Below are positions 1 through 13,948 of a stretch of DNA of 64,000 nt, in pieces. Each line of letters opens with the position of its first letter. The stretch's first letter is position 1. Location: assembly GCA_951406725.2 (NCBI GenBank), contig OX597815.1, positions 88,226,001-88,290,000 of the forward strand, given 5' to 3'. A program made the translations under genes and the position numbers. This DNA is from Octopus vulgaris (Eukaryota). The notes beneath the pieces were generated by a model. That model was not told the DNA's origin and ran no database searches. It saw only the letters and a program-made list of their open reading frames with translations.

Positions 1-3000
1 TGTTCAACAGTTGGAAGTTACCTCCATCTCTATATGTTGACATTTTGGAGTATTCCTCACTCCATCTAATAACAACACTATTCAACGCTGGTTATTTTCC
101 TCCTTCCCCTACCTTATTGATATCCTTGCCAGGGATATAACTCAACTGCTGGCAGCTGGCAAATAGATTTTGCTGTACGAAGACTATTTTTAACATTTTT
201 ATTTTAATCATTTATTTTTTAAATGTCCATCAAAGACAATTTTACTCATTCGTTGTGATGGAATTCGATTCATATTTTCTATTAGTTATCCATATGTCCT
301 GGATATTTTTAACATTTATAACTCTTAAGTAATCAGTTTTAAGTAAATCAAATTGCACATAAGTACATCTGTATTATACTTAGATCTGACTACTCAATGT
401 GCATTTGTATCCTGTGAGTTACAAGAAATTCTTTTTTTTATGAGGTTCCCTCAAGGAAAATATTCTAGACATAAAGTTATATATCCTTCTCTTTTTATCT
501 GAAAAATATTCTATATTGATTACTTTTCACTGAAAGTAACTAAGCATATATACATTCTTGGAAGTGCATCTTTTCTGCCTTCATTACACTTCCATGTATC
601 ATAGTTGTGAAATACATTACAGTCTTTGCGAACACATGACTGTATATTTGTTGAGTGCTGTTCATGTTTACTTGTTATGTAATCGAAACATATGAAAGAA
701 TTCTATGAATGAAAGGTTGAGCCGAGAATCTCATATCTGAATATAAACACAATTAAAACTGCTGTTTCCTCATTCACACATACACAAATCACACAACCCC
801 CATCCCCCCACTTAATTGATTAGCTAGGTACACATATAGACACACAAATGCAACAACACTGGTTCAAATTCTCTGTTTTACTGTGTGAATATTTATATGA
901 AATATAACATTATTTATGATTTCACTGTTTATTTTGAACAATAGATGTCAGGTGCTAAATGAATCACAAAATACTGCTTTAAACTTTCTAATTTAAGACT
1001 ATGAAAATTGTTAGTAACCTGAAGATTTTGGACAGTTTTTCAGTTTTCTTTCTTTATACTTAAAAGGATTTTTTTTGCATCTTTTTTGATTCTTCACTGA
1101 AATACATAATTTACTGAATTAAGTTATTCAAATCTACAACTACTAATTTATATATATAATATACACACACACATATATGCACACATAGCCTTTTGTATTC
1201 ATTTCTGTTATTATTGTTTTGTAATATATGTGAAAATCCTTCATCATACATCTATTATCTTGTCACTGATTGAAGCAGATTACCAATAAATATGTCAGAG
1301 TACAGCAAAATACTTTCCATGTTTAAGGGTTTTTACTGTCATCACAAAACAATAATATAGCTGAAGTGAATCTAGCAGCAAGCAATTTTAATGAATCAAG
1401 GCTTTAGTATGATGCAATTACTTTAATATTAACACACAATTCCAGATGAAATCACGAACCAAGCAAGTGTAACCAAGAAGTACACATCATCATCATCACC
1501 ATCATCATAATTTTATGCCCATTTTACCAAACTGGATATAAGTCTGTATTGTACGTGTGTGTGTGATCGCATAAAACAGAAGCTGTAACAATATTTTTAA
1601 AGATTAAAGATCTTAATTCATTCTTACTCAGTATTTCAGTTTAGCAGATCATAATTATGAAATGAAACTGAGCATTTAAGCAGGTTTTTAAATTCATATA
1701 TATATATATAATTTCATTTGGGTGTTGACCCTTGAGTTTACCCTATTATCCATGGGTCCAAGTTATCAGACAGACAGCAATGCAGAGATTGTTTGTTTTA
1801 TCAAAAACATTCTTAAAAATCCACACATATCCAGAGTTTTTACAATTATAAACAAAGAGAGGCAAGTCCTTTTATTACATTAATTTACACAATTGTTTCA
1901 TCTGAATTCAATCTCATGAATATTGCTATATTTGCAAATAACTTTATGCTTAATATAACAATATTCATGAGATCAATTTCTGATGGAACAATTGCAAATT
2001 AATGTAATAAAAGGATTAGCTCATTCCATTTTCCTTGTTTGTACATACAGACATTCAAATATATATATACACACACACACATATTTGTGTAGAATAAAAA
2101 CTGTCTTGAGGTAAATTTTAGATATATTATTGTGGGTAGAATTTTGTAGCTTAATTTGAGAGAGGAAAACTACAGGTCTCCTGGTTTTACTAGTAAGAAA
2201 CAAATATGCTTTGTGATTTCTGTAAGTTAGCATATGATTATTTTTTCAGATCTCAAATTGTTGTTTACAAATATATTTTTTAATGTTATAATTGTAGCTA
2301 ACCATTATATTAAATAAAAATAGACATTATGTATAGTCTATTTTTATTTCCAAATCAAGCAAGCTTAGTAGGCTTCTAAGTTTTTAGTTAACATTAAGTC
2401 AGTGTAAGTCTGAAAAAATTAAGGAATTTTCTTGTAACTTTTTTTTCATACCTCTAGAAATTTTAGAATAATTTTTTTAATCCCATATATCTTCATCTCT
2501 AGATTCACCTATGATTAACGTTTCTAATAAAAAAATTTTGCTTTGAGAAGCTATGTCTTCATCAAGACAGAATGCTAGCAATTCTGTCAAGGTGGTTTCT
2601 TAACTAAGGAAGTTGAGGTTGGATTGCAATGTTCAGCTGCTAAACAGACTGTCAAAATTGTTATTACCTATCTACACAAACACACACCTGTGGCACATGC
2701 ATCATCATTCTCAGAGAGCTGAAAGATTAAAATGACTGTTGTGAAATTGGAACCACAGAAACAGACCCTAAATTAAGTAATGGGATCAACATAATTGACT
2801 ATATCCCTGAAAGTAATGCTCCAGCTTGGCAGGATCCCGATAAATAAAGTCAGTAAAAGAATACATTCATTTGTTATCAGGATTAGCTTGAACAAAGATA
2901 TTTCTGCTGTTTGCAAAATGATGAAGTTAAAACCGCATACACAAGACCTTACCTGATGTGTTTTTGATATGTAGACTGCTTCCCTGACATAGTTTACCTC

Positions 3001-3641
3001 AGCCATATTGTTGATATACATAACCAGTATCACTACATTCCTTCTATACATAGATTACTCTAAATCTTGCCACTTCAATATAATATGCTTTGGTGCAGAG
3101 GTCTAATAAGTTTGAAACGTATTTGTTGTTTTCATAGTTTACTTTAAAGACATGATCCATTCCGATGTGCATTGTCTTTAATTATCAAAACATCTCCCTT
3201 ATTTTCAAGATTTTTAAGCATTCCTAGGAGATTTTGTCTATTGACTGCTTGAATGAATTCAGTTGAAATTTTGTAACTCACTATATTATATGGGAGACCC
3301 CACTAAATTAGTACATGATTGTATATAGCCAAAGAATTTTGGCAGATCTTTAAACAATAGCGATTTTTTATTGATACTTTTAGCTAAAGCTATATGTCTC
3401 AATGTGTGCTTGACTCCAGTAACTTACTTGGTTGTAGGTAAACCGTTTTCACATTGTAGTGTCTCTAGGCAAGTTAGTGTAGTGAAACCCATCTCATTTT
3501 CCCTCCCCACTGTTCAAATAAACTTATAGTCACTGTAGTTATAGAAGTTCATCATTGCAAGTTTAAAAAAATACTTAGCAGTTAAACATTGCTTGCATTA
3601 TTTAATAACATAAAATTAGCTGTACTACTTCATAGAATCTA

Positions 3642-4018
3642 CACTTGCGACAGAAATTAATTAGCACTTCTCAAATTTCTACATTAAATAGGTTAAATCA
3701 ATTAACCTATGAGCTGTTCAAAACGTCTTACGCGATGAGAAAACTTAGTATGGTGTGATTTCGGGCCTTGCGAGGCGCTACCTATATCTATTAAACAAAG
3801 GAAGATTTGTCTGCATCCGCACTCCAAGTTGTTGCACTGCTATGTCAACATCATAAGGCTGTAGACTCTCAAACTGCTCTGCAAACAAAGTTACGTCATC
3901 GTTCTGCGCAACAGTGAACTCGCAACAAAGCAATAGTTTGAGATATGGCCACTAGGTGACAGCACATACCTTGAGTGAAGAGCAAATCAAGGGTGCTAAT
4001 TAATTTCTGACGGTAGTG
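3642..4018. mobile_element. Tc1/mariner-type MITE
   Basis: TIRs CACT..GACAGAAATTAATTAGCAC and GTGCTAATTAATTTCTGAC..AGTG, flanked by TA on both sides. Confidence 0.7.
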
Positions 4019-5962
4019 TATTTTGGAGTAATTGACTCTTTTAATATTTTATTTTTATATCTTTCATTAGTGAACAATAGCATTGTTAGTTATAGGTTTC
4101 TAATGAGCCAATCATTGGTTCACTATACAGTGTTGGTGAATGTCATGTGGAATAGCTTCCTTATTTCCTTAACCACTTGCTACTTTTTTTAAAGATATAG
4201 TTATGTTCTGTGAACCTTCTATCGCCAAATTTCCCGAAACAAATGCAAAAAGATGATTCAGTTTTTGAATCAATAAGCAATCAAGTGGCTGAATGGTCTA
4301 AGAGGTTTGCTTCACAAGCATATGGTCCTCATTTCAATCCCACTGTGTAGTACTTTGAGCAAGTGTCTTTTACTATTACCTTGGATCAACCCAAGCTTTG
4401 TAAATGATTTTGGGTAAATTGAAACTGTCTGATGGACTGTACTTGAAATTCAAAATGGCAGCTTTCTCACTCACTGTACTATGCTGATTCTGGCTCAGTT
4501 ACCTTAAAAAAAAGTACAAGTGTGTCTGGAATATTCAGCCACTTAAACTATGTATCTTTTGTTTTTCCCTGTCATCCACAAACATATTTTGTCCAGCGTT
4601 TTCATGCAAATCTATGATTAAAGACATTCCAGCCATGACCATCCCATCTTTTCAGACATTGTTTATCTTATATGTCATTTTCTACTATGTTCTTCCTTTT
4701 TCTAAGGATAGTAGAGTGTGATCCAAAAGAGATTTAACTGCTATTTCTTGTTTGTCAAGCAACCACAAACATGCTTTCTCACTGACTTTGATGGTGATGA
4801 TCTAGTAAAATAGAAATATTTAATGTAATCAATGTGAAGTTTGGCTAAACATAGGAATTTTAATAAATTGAATTTTTTGGACATCCATTTTTCCTGTTGA
4901 TAATGTTCAACTCTTAATCTTTACATTTTACAAATTTATTATTAAGAATCTAAACAGTTGGCCTACTTATCCTATCTGCTCTGGTTGTCTCTCTCTGTAT
5001 GAATGCCTACTATATTTTGCACAGTCATTCCACTGTTTATCATATGCTGTGTTATATTCACACTCTGTTAATGTGCAACAAAATATTCTGTCTGAATGTA
5101 GTACACATTTTTTCTAACCTGTCATTGTCATTTCAGTACTGTACTGCTTTGTAGTTATCTATTTTACTGTATTGTGTCTAAGCTTGCCTTTTTAATTACA
5201 TTTTCTGTTCAGCATAACTAATATAAGGTGGGTTGACCAAATGCTGTCCACACTTGCAATATATGATGTTCTGAAGTGTGATATTGTGATATAATTTCTC
5301 TTGTTTTCATTCTAAAACAAAAGAAAACTCGTGATTCATATGTGTGCAAAGTGCACTTATTTCCAATTGATTTGAATTTCTCTGGAAATTTCCAATGCCT
5401 TCATAGTTCAAAAAGATCAGTATGAATAAATATAATTAACAGAGAATTTTTTACTTTAAAGATTAAATGTAAAGATGACTAAATTGATAAGATGCTGAAT
5501 AACCAGTCAATCAAAAAATCAGAGGTTCATTTTGTGTTGATGCTAATGACTTTGACTATGTCCACTGAGTTCTGAGTATGTATGGCAGTGTAGTATAACT
5601 CATTATTATAAGCTGCAGCTAAATTGTAAAATTAGTGATTCATTGTCTCATAGTGCTGTGGAAAAAGTACCTGCAAATAGAATAGCTTCTTGTACATGGT
5701 CACATTTTTTTCACCCACTTCATACCAAGAAGCCAGAAATTAGTACTGGCCTACTAGATTGAAGAAGTTCATGAAGAGAGAAAAGAAAACGGGGCTGGAT
5801 TGCTGAACACTGAGTCGTAAGTACAAACTTTACAACAATTGTGTACTGTTGGTTAAAGCACATAATTCTGCTGGACTGATAAATTCCACTCTTACCAGCT
5901 GAGTGGAGAAAAGAAAAATATCTTATTACAAAAAATATATATAAATAAATAAAATTAGAATT

Positions 5963-6757
5963 CATCATCATCATCATCATTTAACGTCCACTTTCCATGC
6001 TAGCATGGGTTGGACGATTTTGACTGAGGGCTGGCGAACCAGATGGCTGCACCAGGCTCCAATCTTGATCTGGCAGAGTTTCTACAGCTGGATGCCCTTC
6101 CTAATGTCAACCACTCCGAGTGTGTAGTGGTTGCTTTTACGTGCCACCGACACGGGGGCCAGTCAGGCGGTACTGGCAATGACCTCTCTCGAATCTTTTT
6201 ACACATGCCACCAGCACAGATGCCAGTAAGGCGATGCTGCTGGTAACGATCACACTCGAATGGTGTTTTTTACGTGCCACTGGCACAGAAGCCAGTTAGC
6301 TGCTCTGGCAACGATCACGCTCGGACGGTGCTCTTAGCACCCTACAAGCACGGGCACAAGTGCCAGTAAGGCGACGCTGGTAACAATCACACTCGAATGG
6401 TGCCTTTCATCTGCCACTGGCACGGAAGCTGGTTAGCTACTCTGTCAATGATCACACTCTGTTGCACTGGCACAGAAGCCAGTTAGCTGCTTTGTCAACA
6501 ATCACACTTGTATGGTGCTCTTTGCACCCCGCTAGCACGGATGCCAGTCATCGAATTTGATTTTGATTTCATTTGCCTCAACAGGTCTTTGCAAGCAGAA
6601 TTTAGTGTCCAAAGAAGGAATAGGTACACATAAGTGGGCTGGTTATGCCCCTAGCATAGGCCACGAGGTTATGGTCTCATTTGGCTTACCGGGTCTTCTC
6701 AAGCACAGCATATTTCCAAAAGTCTCAATCACTAGTCATTTCCTTAGTGAGGCCTAA
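5963..6757 (-). mobile_element. RTE-clade LINE 3' end with internally repeated 3' UTR and (ATG)n tail
   Basis: (CAT)n tail on the + strand and an RTE-type ORF end near 6690-6757. The family recurs at 15335-15570, 44469-44760, 46780-47113, 49400-49560, 51900-52165 and 53160-53485. Confidence 0.7.
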
Positions 6758-7099
6758 AAAATGAAAAATAAAATACAAATTGCTACAACAAAAGCATGTC
6801 ACTCACACTAGCAGAGAAATATGTAAAACAATAAAAAATATTTTTAAACCTTTAAGTAGGTGGAACTGACCGTGTCAGTTAATATTTTTGTTTTAGTTTT
6901 TTTTTTATTTTAACTCTCAAATTCAAATTCTAGTAAAAAGAAGTTTTTGTTTTAACTGTATCAACACAAAAGGTCTGACTAAGCCAGAAGAGGTCAGTAA
7001 AATAGCCAAAAAATGAATCCTAAGTCCCAATACCTGGTGACTCAACAGTGCCAATAATAAATCTGAGTTATATTTTCATTATGAATATTAGTGAATTCG

Positions 7100-7720
7100 A
7101 ACTTGAAATATACTTTCAACTTCTATTTCTTGTTATGTCTGACAATCTGTAAAGTATATTCTTTTAAAGTTACTAGAATTTTTTTTTTCCACACCAGAAA
7201 ACGGAAGAATTGTTTTTCAGCACTTTGTGTGAAATTAATTTATTCTACCAGATATCATTTTACTATCTGTCTGTATAAAATTAAGGCTATAATGGTTTCT
7301 GTTAAAAATATAAGCCTATTAAAACTGTTTTCTATTCATATGTATGAATTTAATCTGACTGAAAATGTTTTCTTATCTTTATGAAATTAGATTTATTAAA
7401 AATGTTCTTTATTTTATCTATTTGAAATGAAGAATATATAAGCTCTCTCTGAGTGACTAATCTCATCAGAAATGTTTTCTTGATGTGTAAAACTATTAAA
7501 ATTGTTTTCTATTTACTTGTGTGAAATCAATACCATCGAAATTATTTTCTGATTTACGTATGTGAAATTAATACCAGTGAAACCGTTTTCCATTTTACCT
7601 GTAGAAAAGAAACACTTCAAAAATAGTTTCTGTGTATCTGTGTGGAATTTATTCAATCAAAGATATTTCCTATTTTTACCAGTGTCAAAATTCTAATCAA
7701 AGGTGTTTTTCCATAAATGC
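7100..7720. repeat. degenerate minisatellite, unit about 40 bp
   Basis: Recurring TTTTCTATTTAC.TGTGTGAAATTAATACC-like units, e.g. at 7501, 7541 and 7582. Confidence 0.55.
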
Positions 7721-8780
7721 TTCTTCTTTTTCCTATGTTTGTCTTTTTAGTATTATTTCCTTGAAGTCTGTGAATGTACACTGTTGCCAAGAATCACACT
7801 TAGAATGTGTATGTGTATGTTATTCTAATTGATCTCTGCTGGTATGCAAGATCTTCCAATGCCGGTGCTCAACTTTAGAGAGTTATGGTTAGTTTTGTGT
7901 ATGTTTTTTTTTTTTTTAAATTACAGACACACTCTCTTCACTCTGTCTCTCCTTTTCTTTTTTCTTAGTAGAAATGGAAGGGGTGGTCTTTAAGTTTTAA
8001 ATTTCAAATTCATAAAACCAAAATGTATGCCTAAATAGAAATGGTACAGTGGAGATATAAAAATCTGGAATTAAAATTTTAGACTTAGACATTTATTAAA
8101 ATATAAATAAAGATATGAAATTTCTTAATAGCCCAAATTAAAATGTATATTGAATTTTAGTTTCTTCTGTTATTTTTATTTTAAGAAAAAATGAGGTGTC
8201 AATTTTAAAAAATTAAACACATGGTTTCCCTAGTGTTCACCGCTACTGCAAGGGAGATAATATTTCTTCATATTTGTTGGGATTAGAAATTTGAATTGGG
8301 AATTCAGGAATTATAAGGAAAAAATGCATAGAATTCACATATTTAATTTTTTTTTTATTCATTTACTCATGAAATTCTTAAAGCTTCTGGTTAGTGATTA
8401 TCATGTGCAGCACTATTTCCTTATAAACCTTGAAAATAAATCTTTCCCTTTGATATATGTGTCTGTGTTGTCATGTTTACCTGACACATGACAAACTCAT
8501 ATTAGCCTATACACACTTGTAACACAATGGTGTATTGAACACTTATTTTTGCACCACAGAATAAACAAAAACAATATATAAATATATATGACAATTTAGA
8601 AATATAATTCAGTATCTAAAGTAAAATATTTATTTAAATTAAATATATATATAATGTATAATTATTTTAAGTTGAAGTTATATTACAGATTAAAATAAAA
8701 TTTATAACCTTTTTACTATTTCAAGTTATTTCTATCACTAAATTAACTGCTCACACTTTTGTTTAATGTCTTTACACACA

Positions 8781-8817
<37 letters not shown>

Positions 8818-8979
8818 GTGTGTGTGATTGTGTATAGAAGAATATATTAATAAAAGGAATTCCAACCTTGTCTGATTTTCACGTTTTATTTACAATCTTA
8901 TAATGATATATTATAAGATAATATATTATAATTGAATAAAATAAAATGAAATAGTAGAATGTTAAATATTCATTCTGAT

Positions 8980-9024
8980 TGAACTAGTACTTTCATGCAT
9001 TGAATTCTGCAATCTTCGGGTTCA
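8980..9024 (-). ncRNA. minimal type I hammerhead ribozyme motif (mirror copy in palindrome)
   Basis: Exact reverse complement of 9102-9146. Confidence 0.6.
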
Positions 9025-9101
9025 TGTAGTAGTGTTGACAGTCATGCTTCACAATTTTTGACTGTCAAAAATTGTGAAGCATGACTGTCAACACTACTAC
9101 A

Positions 9102-9146
9102 TGAACCCGAAGATTGCAGAATTCAATGCATGAAAGTACTAGTTCA
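9102..9146 (+). ncRNA. minimal type I hammerhead ribozyme motif (Penelope-type)
   Basis: TGAAC-CCGAAGA-TTGCA gaattcaa TGCAT-GAAA-GTAC-TA-GTTCA. Stem I TGAAC/GTTCA, core CUGANGA with U4C, stem II TGCA/TGCA, GAAA, palindromic GUAC loop III, UA cleavage site. Confidence 0.6.
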
Positions 9147-9288
9147 ATCAGAATGAATATTTAACATTCTACTATTTCATTTTATTTTATTCAATTATAA
9201 TATATTATCTTATAATATATCATTATAAGATTGTAAATAAAACGTGAAAATCAGACAAGGTTGGAATTCTTTTTATTAATATATATAT

Positions 9289-9658
9289 AGGTACAGGAGT
9301 GGCTGTGTGGTAATTAGCTTGCAAACCAACCACATGGTTCCGTGGCAAGTGTCTTCTACTATAGCCTCGGGCCGACCAAAGCCTTGTGAGTGGATTTGGT
9401 AGATGGAAACTGAAAGAAGCCCATCGTATATATGTATGTGTGTGTGTTTGTGTGTCTGTGTTTGTCCCCCTAGCATTGCTTGACAACTGATGCTGGTGTG
9501 TTTATGGCCCCGTTACTTAGCGGTTCGGCAAAATAGACCGATAGAATAAGTACTGGGCTTACAAAAGAATAAGTCCCGGGGTCGAGTCGCTCGATTAAAG
9601 GCGGTGCTCCAGCATGGCCGCAGTCAAATGACTGAAACGAGTAAAAGAATAAAAGAGT
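9289..9658 (+). mobile_element. tRNA-derived SINE (cephalopod type)
   Basis: A-box-like GTGGCTGTGTGGTAA, conserved central body and AAAGAAT tail. Related copies near 4282, 13025, 40575-40890 (- strand), 47343 and 56740. Confidence 0.75.
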
Positions 9659-12600
9659 ATATATATATATGCGTCCACACACATTGAATGTTGTACAACA
9701 GGTATAGACAACTTTTTCCAAGAAGTAGACGACATGAGACATAGCTCATCACTAGGTGGGCCACACTATTAAAAAAATTCTTGGTCATTTTTCGTTAGGC
9801 ATGCCATTCAGAAAGTAGGGTGGGCTGCAGTTTGCCTGTAACTGCTCTACATTACATGTATTGAGTAAACTATTCGGTACCATGGCTAATTATATAAACA
9901 ATGTCAAAGCTAATCATATATTCTACACGCACATGCAAACACAATGGCATTCCAATTGACCACAAAGTAATAAAACCAACCTGATGTATATGTTAAATTT
10001 GTGTACAAATGTGTCAGAATTTTAAAGGTCTTCCATTCTTCTTACACCTCTAGTATGTACATTTTTGTGCAGTTTTCTCTTTGTACTATTTCCTCTAAGT
10101 TCATGTGCACATATCTGTAACTCCTGTCTAATGTGTTTGCTATTGAAATTTATCCAATAGTTATTGTTTGTATGCATATCTACATCTGTAAACAAGTTCA
10201 CAAACTTGAGCTTTGTTGTGTTTTTGTGTGTCTGTCTGTCTGTCTATCTATCTGTCTCTCTTTATACATCAAACATGCATGAAGCTTCATAAAATAATAA
10301 AGATATAGTTGTGGGAAAATGTACAACTTGATAGTAGATTTTGTCACAAATTTTCTAGTTTTTGTGTTGTGCGTGTATGGCTGTATGTGTGTGTGTTCAT
10401 ATTTAGTCCAATCCTGTCCAGTATGTACAGTACAGAAAACCATTTTAGGTTGGTATATCTTAAAAACATTAGCAATAACTATTAATATAGAAGTGTTTTA
10501 TCATCTTCCTGTATTGTATTAATGTTATATGTCAAGTGTGTATCTTCTGTTATTGAATTTTTTTAAAAATATAAATCTACTTTGTGAGATATATCTAAAA
10601 TGTAGATATATCTCTTGTAACCTATATCCCACACTTGTAATATATTTTGGTTGTGAATTTCCCTGTGCCTATAAAATACTGAAAAAAATGTTTTAGCACT
10701 TAGCTATGCATCAGCCAGATTCGGATCATTATAGATGTAGTCTTTACATCTAGAGCCTCTTTTTAAATTGCCTTGTTAACAGCCAGCTTCTGCTTTGACC
10801 TATGTTTCTTTTCATCTGTTTATCATCATTAATTTTCAGCCTGCATCATGAATTTTCTCTCCCTCAACCTAATCAAAAATTCTTTTAAATATAGATACAC
10901 AACTTTTTTGCAACTTTTTCTATTTTTTTAAAGGCCCACTTGTATTTAATTTTAATTTTCTACAACTATTGAAATATGTATACCAACATGAGACGTAATT
11001 TTTTTAGTTTGTAACTAATATTTATTTAACTTCCAGTAGTTAAATAATTGTAAACCTTAGACCAAAATGGAGTTTTCATTCTGTTATTTTTGTAATATTA
11101 TAAATAACAGAAGCTGGGCATATTTCATCAAACGGTTGTGTCTTGATTGCTCTTTTCTATACAAACTGATATAAAACTGAGCATGAGCTTCATAAAGATT
11201 GTTTCTTGTACACTGAATAAAATAAACCATGACATTTACTATTGTTGAGAGGGTTTTCAAATGAACCTGTATTGCTGCATGATATACAGTTTACTGTAGA
11301 GGCAAGATAGCTGAGTAGTCATGAGTTCAAATCCTTTGCTTGTATTTCATTGTTTCAGGACATCTTATTGCATATTATCTTTGAGAGAATTTTCAGTACC
11401 AGAATTTTCAGTAGCTGAGATTATGATTTTGGTTATGAGTTGCAGCCCATTCCATACATAACGCAAATAAATAAACTATGTTGTGTCATATCTCAGAATG
11501 CCTGTGAAAGACATCATTAATGTGTTGCTGTTATTCTCTCCAGTTCAGTATAATGTTTCACAAATTATGGATTGATTTCCTCTTCCTTATCTTTTTAACT
11601 ATATTCTGATTACTTCAAGCAGGAAGGAGACACCACTATCAAATATCAGAATCACTGTGTTACCATATAGAGTCCACGTAGTAACTTTCATCTTATTTAT
11701 CACACATAATCAAGTATAACTTGGTTGCTGAAAAAGAATTTTTCTTGAACTCCAATGAAGAAACTTCAATTATGTTTTGCTGTTTTACTTGGTTGCAAGC
11801 TGAAGTGCCAACACAACCATGACCACAGCTATTGCAAAATATTGTTGGCAGTCCTGGTGTACTGGATCTTGTTCCAGCTTTCCCCTTCTTGCCATTTCAT
11901 CCAATTTGATTGCAATTTTTACTCTGTTATAACCTTCTGCCATAATTGGCCACCTGCTTCATTGACACATCATAAGATGACATCCTTTTCATAAAGTTTC
12001 AGGTGTTCTTTTCTACAGCTTCCACATTTCACCTTATTGTAAAGTACAGCCTTGGGAATCAGTGTCCTCTCTATGACCTTCCCAGTGCATCTGCAATTCC
12101 TGCAGGATAAACCAACTTATTTGTATACTGGTGTAGGAAGCTTATTTGTATGCTGGTGTAGGAAGCAGTTGCAGGTCTCAGCAGCATACAAGGCAGGCTA
12201 GTTCTACTGCTCAATATACTTTGTACTTTATTGCCTGTTTTATGCCTTGTTGCTTCCACAACTAATTTTGGAGCTTACTGAACTGGAACTGCCTGGTTAT
12301 TTGAGCAGGATTTTGAGCAGCTACCACACTTTCAACTACCCACAGCCGTCACACTCACACTGCCAGTGTGCAGATTTCCAACCAGCAGCTTCTAGCTACT
12401 CAAGACTGATATTATTACCATTTATCTATCACCTCTGAATGTTTAATATTACATGAGGATTGAAGGAATGTCTATATCTGCTCATGACTACATGGACACC
12501 TAAAAGCATCAGGCAAGAAGCACCACTAGCAATATCAAAATTGCTGTTACTATAGTCACCTCAAAGCTAAATTCTTCTCAACAAATTCTAATAAAAACAA

Positions 12601-13899
12601 GGGTAAATATTAATTCCAGGAGAGTATATCAAAATTGGTGTGAAAAGAATTCAGCACTAGACTATCCAAACAACACTAAAGAATACTGCTTCATAATATT
12701 CAATAATATAAACATTTATTCTCACAGAGAGAGAGAAAGAGGGACCCTAACATTTTTATCAGGGACTATAAAAACAAAGATGGCAACATTTGATATTAGC
12801 ACAAGTTTATAGAAATGTACAGATGATTTAACTAATTCAATGAAATTACTATTTTATTAATTTGAGTGGATGATAGAAAATGTTAGCCCTCATAGTATTT
12901 GAGCTCAGAAAATAAAGAGGCCGAAAAAAGGCATTTAGGTTAATGCTGTATTCTGTAATTCCACTATCTTCTCATGAGCTGTAATAATTTAGTTTTAGAC
13001 AGACAAATTTGAAAATTCATCATATGCACAAACATGGTTTTGTGGTTAAGAAGGTTGCTTGGGGCAAATGTTTTCTATGGTTGCCACCGGCTGACCAAAG
13101 ATTTTGTGAGTGGATTTGGTGGAAGAAACTGAAAAAAGCCTGCTGTGTGTATATGTATGTGTGCTTGTATGAGTTAGTATTTTCAATTGTCTTCATGTGC
13201 TTTTCCTGGTTGTAAACAATAGCCTCACCGTTAATGTTGACAGTCCCATTTACTTGCAGTCCACCACAAAAGTAATGTCTTGGCTGTTTAGTAGAATGGG
13301 GGATTATTACTTTACTTGGAAACAGCTGGGGCTTGGCATTAGGAAGAGTTGCTGGTTGTAGAAAACTCTGTCGCAAGGTACACTTATCTGACCCATGTAA
13401 ACATGGAAAAGTAGACATTAAAATGACGATGAACATTGCACTAATTTACAGTCCAGCTTAAGTTCCAAACTTCTTTACATGAAGTACAAATAACCCAAAA
13501 TACTGCTTGTTCTTTGCATCGTAAGATGCATTCATACTGATATCATAATCAAAATTACAATACTGAAATTCAAAGACATCCAATGCATGTGAACAGTGCT
13601 TGCAATTTATGGCAGCAGTTTTGCCTAATCCATACCATTCACCTATCAAAATACATTAACAAAACCCCTATTACAACATTTTGAATTCACTGACTTGCCT
13701 AACTAATCCAGATAAACACAAAACATTAAAATATTTATGAAAACAATTTTCTCTCTACACCTAAACTTGGTGATTTTTTTTTTTTTTTTTTTTTTTGCTG
13801 TACTTTCAACCAGCTAAAATGAAATGTTTTACACTTGTTGATGTAAAACATGCATTACAGTGAAACATAACTATATAAGAGGTATAGAACATACATGTG

Positions 13900-13941
<42 letters not shown>

Positions 13942-13948
<7 letters not shown>

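Larger units (their letters stand above)
8842..9284. repeat. near-perfect palindrome (221-bp arms, 1-nt loop at 9063, one mismatch), probable inverted Penelope-like pLTR pair
   Basis: Arms are directly complementary, it is flanked by (TA)n/(TG)n, and each arm carries a hammerhead motif. Confidence 0.85.

Noticed and set aside
4282-4360. tRNA-like sequences here and near 17320, 41210 and 47345
   Set aside because: A/B-box heads of SINEs with no complete cloverleaf.
7100-7720. CACACAGGT-like words suggesting C2H2 zinc-finger linkers, or a CRISPR-like array
   Set aside because: The period is about 40 bp rather than 84, there is no open frame, and the units are degenerate with no unique spacers in a eukaryotic context.
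1-8700. Short ORFs of 60-97 aa in the first 9 kb
   Set aside because: Low-complexity or repeat-derived with no recognisable domains; the region looks intronic or like a 3' UTR.
12116-12166. Two-copy 25-bp tandem repeat in a possibly TE-derived stretch
   Set aside because: Simple slippage duplication; the parent element could not be identified.
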